DNA from: a virus | Lineage: Duplodnaviria; Caudoviricetes | IMG/VR virus record: IMGVR_UViG_2882837327_000001 | Location: 1 to 64,000 of that record | Length of the DNA stretch: 64,000 bases | Direction: 5' to 3' (one strand) | In this document: positions 35,070 to 44,837 of the stretch, piece after piece | Numbering within the stretch: the stretch's first letter is position 1 | Layout of the letters: the number at the start of each line of letters is the position of its first letter | The notes under the pieces: model-generated | The model's input: the letters and a program-made list of their open reading frames with translations, nothing else | The model's database searches: none | What the model was told of the DNA's origin: nothing | Translations under genes and position numbers: made by a program

Positions 35070-35438
35070 ATGATGATGATCCGCCTCGCCGCCGCATTGG
35101 CGGTCATCGGGATGGCAGCCGGCAGCCAGAATGCAGGCGCCCAGCCTGCCTCAACCGCCTCCGCACGCCCGGCAGCGCCGGCGAGCATCTGGTTTTCGGC
35201 GAGCGAGAACCTGGACCGCTGCGTGCGCAGCACCTCCCCTGCCGAGGCCCTGATGGCCCTGCGCCGGCGGGGCCGTGATGACGCCTGGATTGATGATCGG
35301 CCCGTGGCCAGCGACCGTGAGCGGGTCATGGTCGGGTGGGGCACGTCCGACTACATGGGCCTCATGATCTGGCGCAATCAGGGCGCATGCGAAGCCGAGC
35401 TCCGCGCCAGCCAACGCATCCCGGATCGCTACCGCTAG
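35070..35438 (+). CDS. Moron, secreted/periplasmic protein on the opposite strand
   Basis: GGGAG RBS; signal-peptide-like MMMIRLAAALAVIGMAAGSQNAGA; two Cys. Confidence 0.7.
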   Translation: MMMIRLAAALAVIGMAAGSQNAGAQPASTASARPAAPASIWFSASENLDRCVRSTSPAEALMALRRRGRDDAWIDDRPVASDRERVMVGWGTSDYMGLMIWRNQGACEAELRASQRIPDRYR

Positions 35439-36139
35439 ATCGGCGTGCCGGTATTGCCGGCGCCGCCCTGCACGCCGCTGTGGCGGTGTCCCTGCAGGCT
35501 GATACCGCCGGCCGTCACGTCGCCGGCGGCCTCGATCGAGCCACTGAACTTCGCCACCGGCACATCGAATGTAGCCTCCCCGATCGCCTTCACAGCCAGC
35601 TTTCCATCGGTGTCGATCGTAAAGCTGGCGCCAGATGGCATCGCCACATGCAAGCCGACCTGAGCGGCAGCCGCGGCCCCGCCGTGGCGCCACTGACCAT
35701 CGACATCGCCCCCCACTGGGTTGGTCGGGGCGAGGTTCGGCCCGAACACCACCACCGCGCCGCTGGGATGGCCAATTGTCACCGTGCCATCTGGGGCAAT
35801 CATGCTCCATGCGCCGCTGCTGTGCCGCGTCACCTGGCGGCCCGGCTCCGCGCTCAGCACGCCATTCACCTGCGGGAAGAGGAAGCCTACGCACACCCAA
35901 TTGCCACCTGCCGTGGGTGCCAGCATCGCCACCGCATCATTGCTACCGCGGGCGGGGACGTTCCAACGCGCCTCGCCCGCGGGCGCGTCCACTGGTGGAA
36001 GGTTGCTGGTGCCGGTGTTGGTGCTGGCGCCTGGCGCCGCCACCTGCACCCCCACGCATCGCTGTCCGGTGCGGATGATGGCGCAGTCGATGCTGTGGTC
36101 TTCGGGATGGATCGCGACGACGCGCGCGAGCTCAATCAT
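35435..36139 (-). CDS. Baseplate central spike (gpV-like)
   Basis: OB-fold-like N-terminus; C-terminal ISLQGHRHSGV..G..TGTP HxH tip. Confidence 0.9.
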   Translation of the reverse strand: MIELARVVAIHPEDHSIDCAIIRTGQRCVGVQVAAPGASTNTGTSNLPPVDAPAGEARWNVPARGSNDAVAMLAPTAGGNWVCVGFLFPQVNGVLSAEPGRQVTRHSSGAWSMIAPDGTVTIGHPSGAVVVFGPNLAPTNPVGGDVDGQWRHGGAAAAAQVGLHVAMPSGASFTIDTDGKLAVKAIGEATFDVPVAKFSGSIEAAGDVTAGGISLQGHRHSGVQGGAGNTGTPI

Positions 36140-36148
36140 GGTCGGCCT

Positions 36149-37999
36149 TCAGTCGATCGAGGCGCTGGGCTGCGCCGAGGTGGAAGGTAGGGCGCCGCCT
36201 TCGGTCAGGGGGCTGGCGCCGCCGGCGGCCGTGCCAGGCTCGCCGGTCTGGCCCATGCTGCGCTCGCCGTCGCCGGCGTTGCCTGTGCCGCTGCGCGCCG
36301 GATCCTGCGAGGCGGCCGCCCCCGCGCCCATCTCGATCAGCCAGGGGCTGATATCGCCCGTCGCCTGGATCCTGCGCGCGAAGCCCTGCCCACGCTCAAG
36401 CGGCAAAGAGGTGAAGAAGCCCACGAATGGGATGTATTCGTGGGTGACGCTCGGGACGTAATACGGCGCGGCCAGCGCGCCCTCGCCGATCATGACGTGG
36501 CTGCCCGCCCGGGCATTCTCATTGCCCGCGATGCGGCACTCGCCGGATTCGAGCAGCATGTTGTCCTTGTTCGTCTCGCTGAGGATGCGGCGGCGATCGT
36601 CCAGCCATTCCATGGTCTGCATCTCGCGCTGACTGGTGACGGCGGCGCTCTGTCCGCTCGTCATGACCTCGCTGGCCCCCATCTGCGTGCTGACGATCAT
36701 GGGTCGCATGCCGAAGATCGCCGGGCTGTTGTTCGGATAGTCGGTCATGTAGACCGTCTGCTGCTGCGCGCCGGTGGCGGCCATGTAGCGGGCCGGCAGG
36801 TCCGAAACCAGCTCGAAGCGCGGCCCCTCAACCCAGAAGTAGTTCGCCACGTTCTCATCGCCGCGGCTCAGCTCCAAGCTCATGATGTCCATAGCCGGGA
36901 TGCTCAGCCTGGTGGGCAGCGCCGGCGTCTCCGGATCCGTAGCCACCGCTTCCGTTGCGGTCAGGGGCGTGTCCTGAACCGAAAGCTCCGGGATCGCGAT
37001 GGCGCCTGCCGGCGTCGGGATGGTCTCGGTGCCCGGGGTCTCGGTCAGCGGGGGCGTGGCGGGGGTAGCCGCAGGCGGGGCAGCTTCTGGCTGCACGGCG
37101 GCGGGTTGCTGGATCGGCCGGCCGCTCAGGTCGATCGCCGGATTGGGCCGGTAGACCACCACCACCTGGTCTTCACGGTCCTCGATGAACAGCTCGTTGA
37201 AGCCGACCGTCACGTCCAGGAACTGCGCCAGGATGCTGTAGATGGAGCCTTCGCTGTTCTGCGGCCCTGTCAGGCTGGTGACGCCACGGTCGGCGACGGC
37301 CTCCACCGCCAGGCTGCGCGGCATCGGCCAATCCTCTGGCAGCATGGTCGCCAGATGCGGGTTGATCACCTTCTCCACCACCTCGCGCACCAGCTCGTCG
37401 CCCCGCTTGCCGGTGGCGATGGCCAGGCCGAAGCGCTCGAACAGCGGGAAGGAGGAGATGAAGGCCTCGCCCATCACGTTGTGCGGGTGCCAGGAGACGC
37501 GCAGCATCTCCCAGATCTTCCCGTAGTCGTGCCCGGTGACGCTGACGGTGCGCATCGGCGCGCCGGTGTTCTGGTTCACGCTCTGACCGCGCGAGGGCCG
37601 CGATACGAAGCCGCGCATGACGATTGGCGGCCGGCGGCCGGTCAGGTGGTTCCGGGCCAGGCGGATCTCGATGCCGTCATTCGGCTCGATCAGGCCGTAG
37701 AGCGTTTCGAGCGCGCGCCAATTCTGATCCCGCTGCGCGGCGCTCGGTGCATCCTGGTTCCCCGCCAGGGCGCCAAAGGGGATATCGGCAAATTGAAGCG
37801 TGAAGCCGCCAGCCCCGCCACGAACGGATTTCCGGGTGCTGATGCTGCCCAGATCCGAAAAGTAGCTGCTGATGTCGATGGTGCGACCGGTCTGCTGGAA
37901 GCGGGTGCTGGCGGGGATGTTGCTGGACACGACTTCCCGGCGGGTCAGCTTGTGCAGCTTCACCTGGAACTGCGGCTGGAAGATCCGGGCGGCGCTCAT
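36149..37999 (-). CDS. Baseplate hub protein
   Basis: Position between tape measure and spike; RIAGNE..RAG C-terminal pattern. Confidence 0.75.
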   Translation of the reverse strand: MSAARIFQPQFQVKLHKLTRREVVSSNIPASTRFQQTGRTIDISSYFSDLGSISTRKSVRGGAGGFTLQFADIPFGALAGNQDAPSAAQRDQNWRALETLYGLIEPNDGIEIRLARNHLTGRRPPIVMRGFVSRPSRGQSVNQNTGAPMRTVSVTGHDYGKIWEMLRVSWHPHNVMGEAFISSFPLFERFGLAIATGKRGDELVREVVEKVINPHLATMLPEDWPMPRSLAVEAVADRGVTSLTGPQNSEGSIYSILAQFLDVTVGFNELFIEDREDQVVVVYRPNPAIDLSGRPIQQPAAVQPEAAPPAATPATPPLTETPGTETIPTPAGAIAIPELSVQDTPLTATEAVATDPETPALPTRLSIPAMDIMSLELSRGDENVANYFWVEGPRFELVSDLPARYMAATGAQQQTVYMTDYPNNSPAIFGMRPMIVSTQMGASEVMTSGQSAAVTSQREMQTMEWLDDRRRILSETNKDNMLLESGECRIAGNENARAGSHVMIGEGALAAPYYVPSVTHEYIPFVGFFTSLPLERGQGFARRIQATGDISPWLIEMGAGAAASQDPARSGTGNAGDGERSMGQTGEPGTAAGGASPLTEGGALPSTSAQPSASID

Positions 38000-40968
38000 C
38001 CGAAGCTGCCCGCCGGGCGCGGCTGGCCCCACGCCGTCTGCACGCGCAGGGGGTTGGCCAGCTCGCGGCCTCGCGGATCCTGAAGCACAAAGACACCCTC
38101 GAAATTGCCGCTGACTCGCTGCGGTGGCGCAGCGGGGCGGCCGGCATCCTCAACCGCGTTCGGCGGCGCGCCAGGTGGCAATGGTGTGCCGGCCGCTGCC
38201 TCTGGCGGGATGGGCGGGGTCGGAAGACGGTTGAAGCGGCTCGCCACGCCGCCCAGGCTCGTGGCGAACCGCGGGTCAGTGGCATAGCCGCCGGCCTGCA
38301 GCCTCCGGCCATAAACGGTGGCGGAGGAGCTTCCGATGGCGTTAGAGGCGCGCCGCTGCACCCAACTGACATAGGCGCGCATGAAGTCCTCTCGGGTCTC
38401 GAAATCACGAAAGCGCTGAGTGATGCGGTTGCCGGCTCCATCCCGGTCAGCTCCTGGCGTAGCAGGCTGGCTGGCGAGCGCCGTCATGTTCCCGAGGTTG
38501 TTGCGCCCGGCAAAGGCTCGCCCGTTGTTGGTTTCCAGGCTCCAATGCGCCAGGACGGTTTCGGCCGGCACACCAAGCTGGGCTGCCGCTTGTGCCGCCA
38601 GGGGGCCAAACTCCTCCCGGAACTGCGCGTCGCTCCGTTCACGGCGCGAGATATCGCCCTCTCCACCGGCGCCTCCACCGGCCGCAATGGCTTCGGCATT
38701 CCGACGCGCCTGGCTGACGCGCTCCGCCCCGCGAGCTTCAGCGCGGCCGTCGCGGATCACGCCCTGCCGGCGCGCGTCGTGGTCGGTGATGATCTGGCCG
38801 CGCCGCTCCTGAAGAGCCTCATAGCGCTGCTGCGCCTCCGCCGCGCGGCGCTGAAGATCCTCATCACCCGGATTGTTGTTGGCCAGACCCACCGCGCGGG
38901 CATGCGCTTCCGACGCGGTGCGGATCTCGCCATCAACCGCCGCAAGCTGGTCGCGCTGGCTCTCATCCACCTCGGCCAGTGCGCCAGCCAGCACCCGGCG
39001 CCGAACCTCGCCGGCAGTCAGTGCACGGCCGTCCCGCCCTGCCAGCACCAGCAGAGCGTCGCGCGCGGTGTTCATGGGACCGACAAAAGCCGTCGCCATG
39101 TCACGAATGGCCTTCTCGACATCCTGGACCGTGCGGCGGGTCCGGCCACCCTCGGTCTCCTCCTGCTGCCGGCCGGCAGCGATCTCGGCAAGAACCCGCC
39201 TGAGCTGCTGCACCGCCTCGCTGTCGCCGGACAGCGCCGCGGTGCGGGCTTCGGACAGGCGGCGGCTCTCCGCCGGGGTCAGCGCATCCCGCCCGGTGCG
39301 TCCTGCGAACTCGTCGGCGATGCTGTTCAGCTCGGGCATGCCGCCGCGCCCGATGCGCGCGAGGGACTGGATCCCGGTGGCGGAGAGCGTGCGGATGCCA
39401 TCAGCACCCAACAGGCCCTCGATGGAGTTGAGCTCCGCCGGCTGCAGCCGCGACAAGGCATCGGCCTGGCGCATGTTCAGGCCGAACATGTTGGCCGTTG
39501 CGTTCAGCCGCAGGACCGGGTTGCTGTAGCGGCTGCGCAGGCCTTCCGTGACCATCTGGAAGACGGTGGTGTCGCTTCCAGCCGCGCGCCCCGGGATGCT
39601 CACGCCGGAAGCCCGCAGGGAATCGCCCAAGGCGGTGCCGGCACCAAAGGTGTTCCGGCCGGTGGCGAACATGCCCCCTTCCTGCAACATCGTGGCCATG
39701 AGCGGATCCAGCCCGAGGCGCCGCCCCACGGTGGACCACATGAAGCTCTGCCCCGCCTCGCCGGCCGCGCCGCCGCGCTCGATCGCGCTGTTGGCGCGCG
39801 ACAGCAGGTTGGCCGCACCAGAAACGTCCAGGCCCGGCTGGCGCATGGCCAGCAGCCCAGCCAGCGCGCCGGTGTAGCCCTCCACATTCGCCCGCGAGAG
39901 GCTAGAACGGGTCTGCTGCTCCGAGAACCCCGCGATCTCGGCCAGGAACTCCTCCGCCTTGGCGAACACACCGCCGTGGGCGATGCCCTCCGCGATCATG
40001 AGGCCCAGGCGGCGGCCCTCCTCGGCGTTGCTGGTGATCCCCATGCCCCGCATGGAGGCGAAGGCAGCCACACCGGAAGAGGGATCGAAACCGAAGGAGC
40101 GCGCGAAGCCGCCGGCCTGCGTCACGTCATCGGCGATGCCGAGGCTGTTGCTGTTGCCGCGCCGGGCGAAGAGGCCGGCAAGCGCCTGCGTCTCCTCATA
40201 GGTGGTGGCCGTCTCGAAGCTGCTGGCGCGCAGGCGGTCGCGCAGGCGGTTGAAGCCGATGCCGCTGCCGGTACCGCCGAGCTGGTTCCGCAGCGTGTCG
40301 TAGACGATGCTCTCCTGCTGAGCCGCCCCGATCTCCTGGCGCACGGCGCCGATCAGGGAGGAGAGCGCGAAGGCGCCCATGGCGCCGGCTGCCCCCATCA
40401 CGCCGGCACCGAAGCCCCCGGCGGCGCCCGCGCGCAGGCCGGTGGCGGCCACACCGCCGAGCGGGCCCGCAGCCTGCAGGCCCTGCCGAAAGACATCGCC
40501 AGCCGTCTGCCCTACCGAGGGAGGCTGTGGCCCGGCAGGCCGGCCAGATCCGGGCGGACGGTTCGGTGGCGGCGGCGGAACGGCCGGGGGCTTGGGCGGC
40601 GGCGCTGGCGGAGCGGGCGCGTCGATGAAGCCCAGGCCGGTGGCCATCTCGAAGACGCCACGCTGCGCGCGCTTCCGCGCATGGGCATTCGCGTATGCCT
40701 TGCCCCAATCCACATCGAGGAGGGGCGTGCCTTCCTGGCCAGAACCCTTCAGGTGGCGGGCGATCTCGGGCGCGAGCTGGCGGATGTTGCGCAGGGTGCG
40801 CTCCACCCGCTGCAGCATCTCCACGCTGGCCTTGTCGATCGGGTTGAACTGCACGCCATGGGTGCTGGCGATGCTCTTCCCCATGCCGTTGATCTTGCGC
40901 GTGAGCTCATCGACGCGCCGGCCGATATCGGGGTCAAGCTGGGCCCCGATCTTCACATTGACGGTCAT
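37996..40968 (-). CDS. Tape measure protein with C-terminal GH73/FlgJ-like glucosaminidase domain
   Basis: 990 aa after the chaperone genes; AHWSLET...NNLGNM...FRDFET...GGYATDP. Confidence 0.8.
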   Translation of the reverse strand: MTVNVKIGAQLDPDIGRRVDELTRKINGMGKSIASTHGVQFNPIDKASVEMLQRVERTLRNIRQLAPEIARHLKGSGQEGTPLLDVDWGKAYANAHARKRAQRGVFEMATGLGFIDAPAPPAPPPKPPAVPPPPPNRPPGSGRPAGPQPPSVGQTAGDVFRQGLQAAGPLGGVAATGLRAGAAGGFGAGVMGAAGAMGAFALSSLIGAVRQEIGAAQQESIVYDTLRNQLGGTGSGIGFNRLRDRLRASSFETATTYEETQALAGLFARRGNSNSLGIADDVTQAGGFARSFGFDPSSGVAAFASMRGMGITSNAEEGRRLGLMIAEGIAHGGVFAKAEEFLAEIAGFSEQQTRSSLSRANVEGYTGALAGLLAMRQPGLDVSGAANLLSRANSAIERGGAAGEAGQSFMWSTVGRRLGLDPLMATMLQEGGMFATGRNTFGAGTALGDSLRASGVSIPGRAAGSDTTVFQMVTEGLRSRYSNPVLRLNATANMFGLNMRQADALSRLQPAELNSIEGLLGADGIRTLSATGIQSLARIGRGGMPELNSIADEFAGRTGRDALTPAESRRLSEARTAALSGDSEAVQQLRRVLAEIAAGRQQEETEGGRTRRTVQDVEKAIRDMATAFVGPMNTARDALLVLAGRDGRALTAGEVRRRVLAGALAEVDESQRDQLAAVDGEIRTASEAHARAVGLANNNPGDEDLQRRAAEAQQRYEALQERRGQIITDHDARRQGVIRDGRAEARGAERVSQARRNAEAIAAGGGAGGEGDISRRERSDAQFREEFGPLAAQAAAQLGVPAETVLAHWSLETNNGRAFAGRNNLGNMTALASQPATPGADRDGAGNRITQRFRDFETREDFMRAYVSWVQRRASNAIGSSSATVYGRRLQAGGYATDPRFATSLGGVASRFNRLPTPPIPPEAAAGTPLPPGAPPNAVEDAGRPAAPPQRVSGNFEGVFVLQDPRGRELANPLRVQTAWGQPRPAGSFG

Positions 40969-41283
40969 GACGGCAGGTCTTCCCAATCCTCGGGAGGCGT
41001 GGCCGCTGCCGCGGCCCGCGCCGCCTCCGCGGCTTCACCCTCTTCCTCGGCCCGGCGGATCTCGGCCGCCAGGTCGAAATCGCCGTCCTCGAACTCCTCG
41101 CTGCCGGCTTTCCCGTCTGCGTATTGGTGCATCCAGAAGTCGGCCTCGATCATCTCGACGGTCGCGCTCAGAAAGCGCGGGTCATTCGGCGGCAGGCTGT
41201 ACTTGCGGCGGAACCACGCTTCCAGCGTCTGCGACTGAGCCTTGCCCAAGCGCTTTGAATCGCCTTTGGCCTTCCGGGCGAAA
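40965..41283 (-). CDS. Tail assembly chaperone extension (gpT-like), probably reached by frameshift
   Basis: WFRRKYSLPPNDPRFL frame overlaps the upstream chaperone; no convincing own RBS. Confidence 0.55.
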
Positions 41284-41586
41284 CACGTCCTCCCGTAGGC
41301 AAAACGCCCCATGCACGCGAAGCAGGTCTTTGATGCGGTCGTCCATGACCGCGTCCATCTCCTTCACCTCGGCCGGGGCCCAGCCCCCCGGCCAAGTGTT
41401 GGCCAGCACCGTATAGGTGGCCATCGCCGTCGCCAGGCTGTCGAGATAGGAACTCGGCTCGGCCAGACCGCCCACCATCTCGTCGTAGGCGGCCTGGATC
41501 TTGATCTCGTCGCCGATGGTGCGGCGACGGAACGTGAAGGCGCCGATGCCATCGACCTTGACCGGGAATACAGTGCTCTGGCTCAT
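41182..41586 (-). CDS. Tail assembly chaperone (gpG-like)
   Basis: Position between tube and tape measure genes. Confidence 0.7.
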   Translation of the reverse strand: MSQSTVFPVKVDGIGAFTFRRRTIGDEIKIQAAYDEMVGGLAEPSSYLDSLATAMATYTVLANTWPGGWAPAEVKEMDAVMDDRIKDLLRVHGAFCLREDVFRPEGQRRFKALGQGSVADAGSVVPPQVQPAAE

Positions 41587-42008
41587 GCGCCGTACCCGGT
41601 CACGTTCAGCGCGTTAAACACGCCGGACTGCATCAGGATGGAGTGCTTGTTGATCTCAAGCCCACCGCTGGCATAGCTGCACCCGTGGTAGGTGCGCAGG
41701 ATAGCGCCGGTCTCCTTGTCCGCGCTCACGATATCGAACACCAGGCCGCGCAGCATCGCGTCGCCATTCTCCGGGATGATGCCGAGCTCCAGCAGGCTGT
41801 TCTTGCGCAGCACCATCGCGGTCACGTTGAGGGAGTGCCGGGCCATGGTCGGCACGTATTCCTCGACGTGGATATCCCCGATGCCGCTGGCCGGCTCCGG
41901 CGAGTAGTCGTCCTGCATGCTGACGCTCTGCATCAGCCCGACCTGGACGCCATCCAGCAGCACCAGGATGTGGTTGCCGGAGCGGACCTTGTGATTGACG
42001 GTTGCCAT
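41583..42008 (-). CDS. Tail tube protein
   Basis: 141 aa directly after the sheath; GIGDIHVEEYVPT. Confidence 0.8.
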   Translation of the reverse strand: MATVNHKVRSGNHILVLLDGVQVGLMQSVSMQDDYSPEPASGIGDIHVEEYVPTMARHSLNVTAMVLRKNSLLELGIIPENGDAMLRGLVFDIVSADKETGAILRTYHGCSYASGGLEINKHSILMQSGVFNALNVTGYGA

Positions 42009-42020
42009 GGACGCGCCTCC

Positions 42021-43736
42021 TTACGCCGCGACCGAGCCGGAATACGGCTGCGCGAAAATGACGATGGGGATGTAGTTGATCGGGATGACCGGGCTGGCCT
42101 GGACTTCCAGGCGCAGAACGTCGCCGCTGATGGAAATCTTCAGCCCCTTCCAGGCCGGGTTGTCGGCATCGCCAGCCAGCACGCCCAGGCCCTGCGGCTC
42201 CGCACGCGCCAGCTCATTCAGCACGGTGGTGGCGCGGGCCTTGGCTTCCGCCAGGCGCGCGGCGTTGCCGTTCTTGCCGATGATGGGCTGCATGGCTTCG
42301 CGAAGCGCGCGCGCGGCGTAGTCCAGGGCCGCACCCGTGCTCAGCTCGCGCCGGTTGTAGTTGGTGTTGGTCAGCCAGGTGCTGATCGACTGGACCACGA
42401 AGTAGCCGGTCGGGCGGTCTTCCAGCGGGATGACGCCGCCGCGCAGCAGCACATCGGTATCGGTCGGGTTCCGCAGCTTACGTTCCAGCCCGCGCACCGA
42501 CAGCGCCTTGTTGGTCAGCGCGGTGCCCGGGTTCACGCCGGCGAAGCCGCCGCCCAGGATCGCCGCGGCGATGTAGGGGCTGAAGAGGGTCAGCTTGCCG
42601 GCGGTATTGTAGTCGTAGACCCCGAGATGCACGAGGCCCACGCGATCGCTGTTGATGGCCTTGGCGGCCGCGATGGCAGCGGCGTCCGTGGTGCTCAGTG
42701 CGGTGCCGACGATGGCGCGGCGCTCCTTCGCCATCACGTCGCTCATGAACTTCACATGGGCGGCTACCAGCGCGTGCACGGCGGCATCGCCCGAGACCGG
42801 GACCACCCACTGAGTGTCCTCGCTCTGCAGCATGGTCAGCGCCTCGGCCCAATCCGAGACTTGGGTGTTGCCGTTGCTGCCGCCGGCCAGGAAGGAGCTG
42901 GTAATGTTCGTCGGCACATTGCCGGCGCCGGCCACCTTGGTGGCGGTCATCAGCGGCTCGGCCGTGCCATTGATCCAGTCCACCACCGCCTGAAGGTCGG
43001 CGTAGAGCGGCAGGTCGGCGGTCTTCGCATCCACGCCCGTCAGGAAGTCGAGCGCGCCGGCGGTCGGATGCTCGCCGCTGCCATCGGCCACACTGGCCGT
43101 CCAGCCGCTGACCAGGCTGATGCGGTCCACCAGATCCGCGACGGTGGCGAAGGTGGCCAGGTCCAGCGTCGCCACCGTGGTGCCGGTGGGGGCCGAAAGC
43201 GTCAGCGTGGTGGAGTTGATGGTCACGGTCGCGGAGGCGGCGTTGCCCGAATAGCGGATGTTGGCCACCTGGCGGCCCACGTTGTCCGCCTCATAGGTCT
43301 CGCTGTCGAGCTTGGTGGTGATCTTCTTGCCGCGGGTGGTGGCGGCCGCGATAGCGATCTGCAGCCGGTTCGCCAGCGTGCCGTAGACGCTGGAAGCCAG
43401 GTTGATCACTGTGGCGTCGCCACTGTCCTTCAGCGCGAGGGTGGAGCCGGTGGCCGGCTGCACGCGCACGGCAATGATCTCGCTCGGGCCTGGCGTTTCG
43501 GTCATGCCGCCGAAGGCGCGGCTCACCGCGTCCAGCAGCTCGCCACCGCGCAACACGGCGGCCGCCTCGCTGGCGCTCCCGAAGCGGAGCGCCTTCTTCG
43601 GCTCGCCGGCATCGGCGCGGCCGAGAATGGTCAGAACGTTGCCCACGGCGGGGTTGGCATTGAACATGGCGCTGTCGTCCACCCGGCTTGCGACGGTCGG
43701 GGTGGTGATGAGGCGCCCATTGAAGAAAATCGGCAT
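42021..43736 (-). CDS. Contractile tail sheath protein
   Basis: GGEPK-like start (DAGEPK), FLAGGSNG, ELSTGAALDY, PVIPINYI C-terminus. Confidence 0.92.
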   Translation of the reverse strand: MPIFFNGRLITTPTVASRVDDSAMFNANPAVGNVLTILGRADAGEPKKALRFGSASEAAAVLRGGELLDAVSRAFGGMTETPGPSEIIAVRVQPATGSTLALKDSGDATVINLASSVYGTLANRLQIAIAAATTRGKKITTKLDSETYEADNVGRQVANIRYSGNAASATVTINSTTLTLSAPTGTTVATLDLATFATVADLVDRISLVSGWTASVADGSGEHPTAGALDFLTGVDAKTADLPLYADLQAVVDWINGTAEPLMTATKVAGAGNVPTNITSSFLAGGSNGNTQVSDWAEALTMLQSEDTQWVVPVSGDAAVHALVAAHVKFMSDVMAKERRAIVGTALSTTDAAAIAAAKAINSDRVGLVHLGVYDYNTAGKLTLFSPYIAAAILGGGFAGVNPGTALTNKALSVRGLERKLRNPTDTDVLLRGGVIPLEDRPTGYFVVQSISTWLTNTNYNRRELSTGAALDYAARALREAMQPIIGKNGNAARLAEAKARATTVLNELARAEPQGLGVLAGDADNPAWKGLKISISGDVLRLEVQASPVIPINYIPIVIFAQPYSGSVAA

Positions 43737-43748
43737 GCGTCTGCTCCT

Positions 43749-43961
43749 TTAGGCCGGCTGCGCGCCGAAGGCGGCGTAGGCCACACCCCACTCGGTGGCG
43801 GTGCGCGTGAAGATCCCGGCGGCGCGCTGCGTCGCCACGAAGGCGTTCAGCAGCTCGACGCGGCGGTCGGTTTTGCTGAGGGCCTGCGCCCACTGATCGA
43901 GGGTCAGAGGCTCCGTGGCCGGATCGGGCTGCGGAAGGGTGTCGGGCGTGGTCTTAGCCAT
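43749..43961 (-). CDS. Small conserved virion-module protein
   Basis: LTLDQWA...VELLNAF...EW..AY..F pattern. Confidence 0.6.
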   Translation of the reverse strand: MAKTTPDTLPQPDPATEPLTLDQWAQALSKTDRRVELLNAFVATQRAAGIFTRTATEWGVAYAAFGAQPA

Positions 43962-44799
43962 TGGTGGACTCCAGGGCGGTGATGACGGTCTCGATGCCCA
44001 CGCCCGCGGCGGTCGCATCCGAGGAAGCCAGGCAGTTGAAGCTGGCCGTGGCGAGGTAGAGCGCGGCCGCATTCGTCTCGGGCAGCAGCTCGGTGTGGCT
44101 GACGGAAAGGGTCGGGTTCTGCAGGCCCTGCTGCTCGAAGATGTCGAGATTGGTCACGACGATGTGGCTCAGCAGCCGGCCAAGGGCGTTGCGCTCGTCG
44201 GGATTGAGGCTGACGGCGATGATGTTGACGGTGACGCGCGTGAGGTTGCCTTCAGTCTCGTCGCTGCCGATGCCTTCCAGGGGCTCCGTTTCCAGAAGTC
44301 CGGACAGGCCGAACTCGCTGGGCTGCTGGCTGTCCAGGTGGATCGTCACCATGGGCAGCTCGGTCTTCCCGGGATCCACGAAGGGGGCGCACAACACCTG
44401 CACGCGCCCGCTCTTTGGCCGGATCTTCCCTGCATCAACAGCCTGGGCCAGGCCCTTGCTGAAGCGGTCGGACAGCACCGCCAGCACGTCCACGGAGGTA
44501 TCGCGGGCGGTGTAGGAGGGGATGGCGACGGCGGAGGGTGCGCGCGGCAGGATCTCGGCGCCTGCGGCATCGCGATAGAACACCGCGTAGTAGACCTCTG
44601 TGCCGTTCAGCAGACCCTGGATGTCCGTGAAGCCTTCCTCGCGCCCCCACTCGGCCACCACCACCGCGCCCGTGTCGTCGGGGCCGGTGATGGTGTCGGT
44701 GGTGCGCCGAAGCACGCGCCAGCTTGCCGCGCCCGAGGGCGGGGCCAGGATGACACGCACGGCGTTGCCGGCGGGATGGGCTTGCAGCAGGGCGAACAT
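43954..44799 (-). CDS. Neck/tail terminator-like protein
   Basis: Position before the sheath; P..TIHLDS motif. Confidence 0.6.
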   Translation of the reverse strand: MFALLQAHPAGNAVRVILAPPSGAASWRVLRRTTDTITGPDDTGAVVVAEWGREEGFTDIQGLLNGTEVYYAVFYRDAAGAEILPRAPSAVAIPSYTARDTSVDVLAVLSDRFSKGLAQAVDAGKIRPKSGRVQVLCAPFVDPGKTELPMVTIHLDSQQPSEFGLSGLLETEPLEGIGSDETEGNLTRVTVNIIAVSLNPDERNALGRLLSHIVVTNLDIFEQQGLQNPTLSVSHTELLPETNAAALYLATASFNCLASSDATAAGVGIETVITALESTNG

Positions 44800-44816
44800 T
44801 GCCCCGCCAGGGTGTC

Positions 44817-44826
44817 GTCACGACGC
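44817..44826 (-). promoter_or_regulatory. Late-promoter motif, copy 4
   Basis: Followed by GA-CACCCT; ATG 17 nt downstream (44799). Confidence 0.7.
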
Positions 44827-44837
44827 CCGGCGCGGGA

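Noticed and set aside
44153-44160. Extra GTCGTGAC core inside the 43954-44799 gene
   Set aside because: Lacks the GC prefix and a -10-like hexamer at the usual spacing, and lies mid-CDS; probably chance
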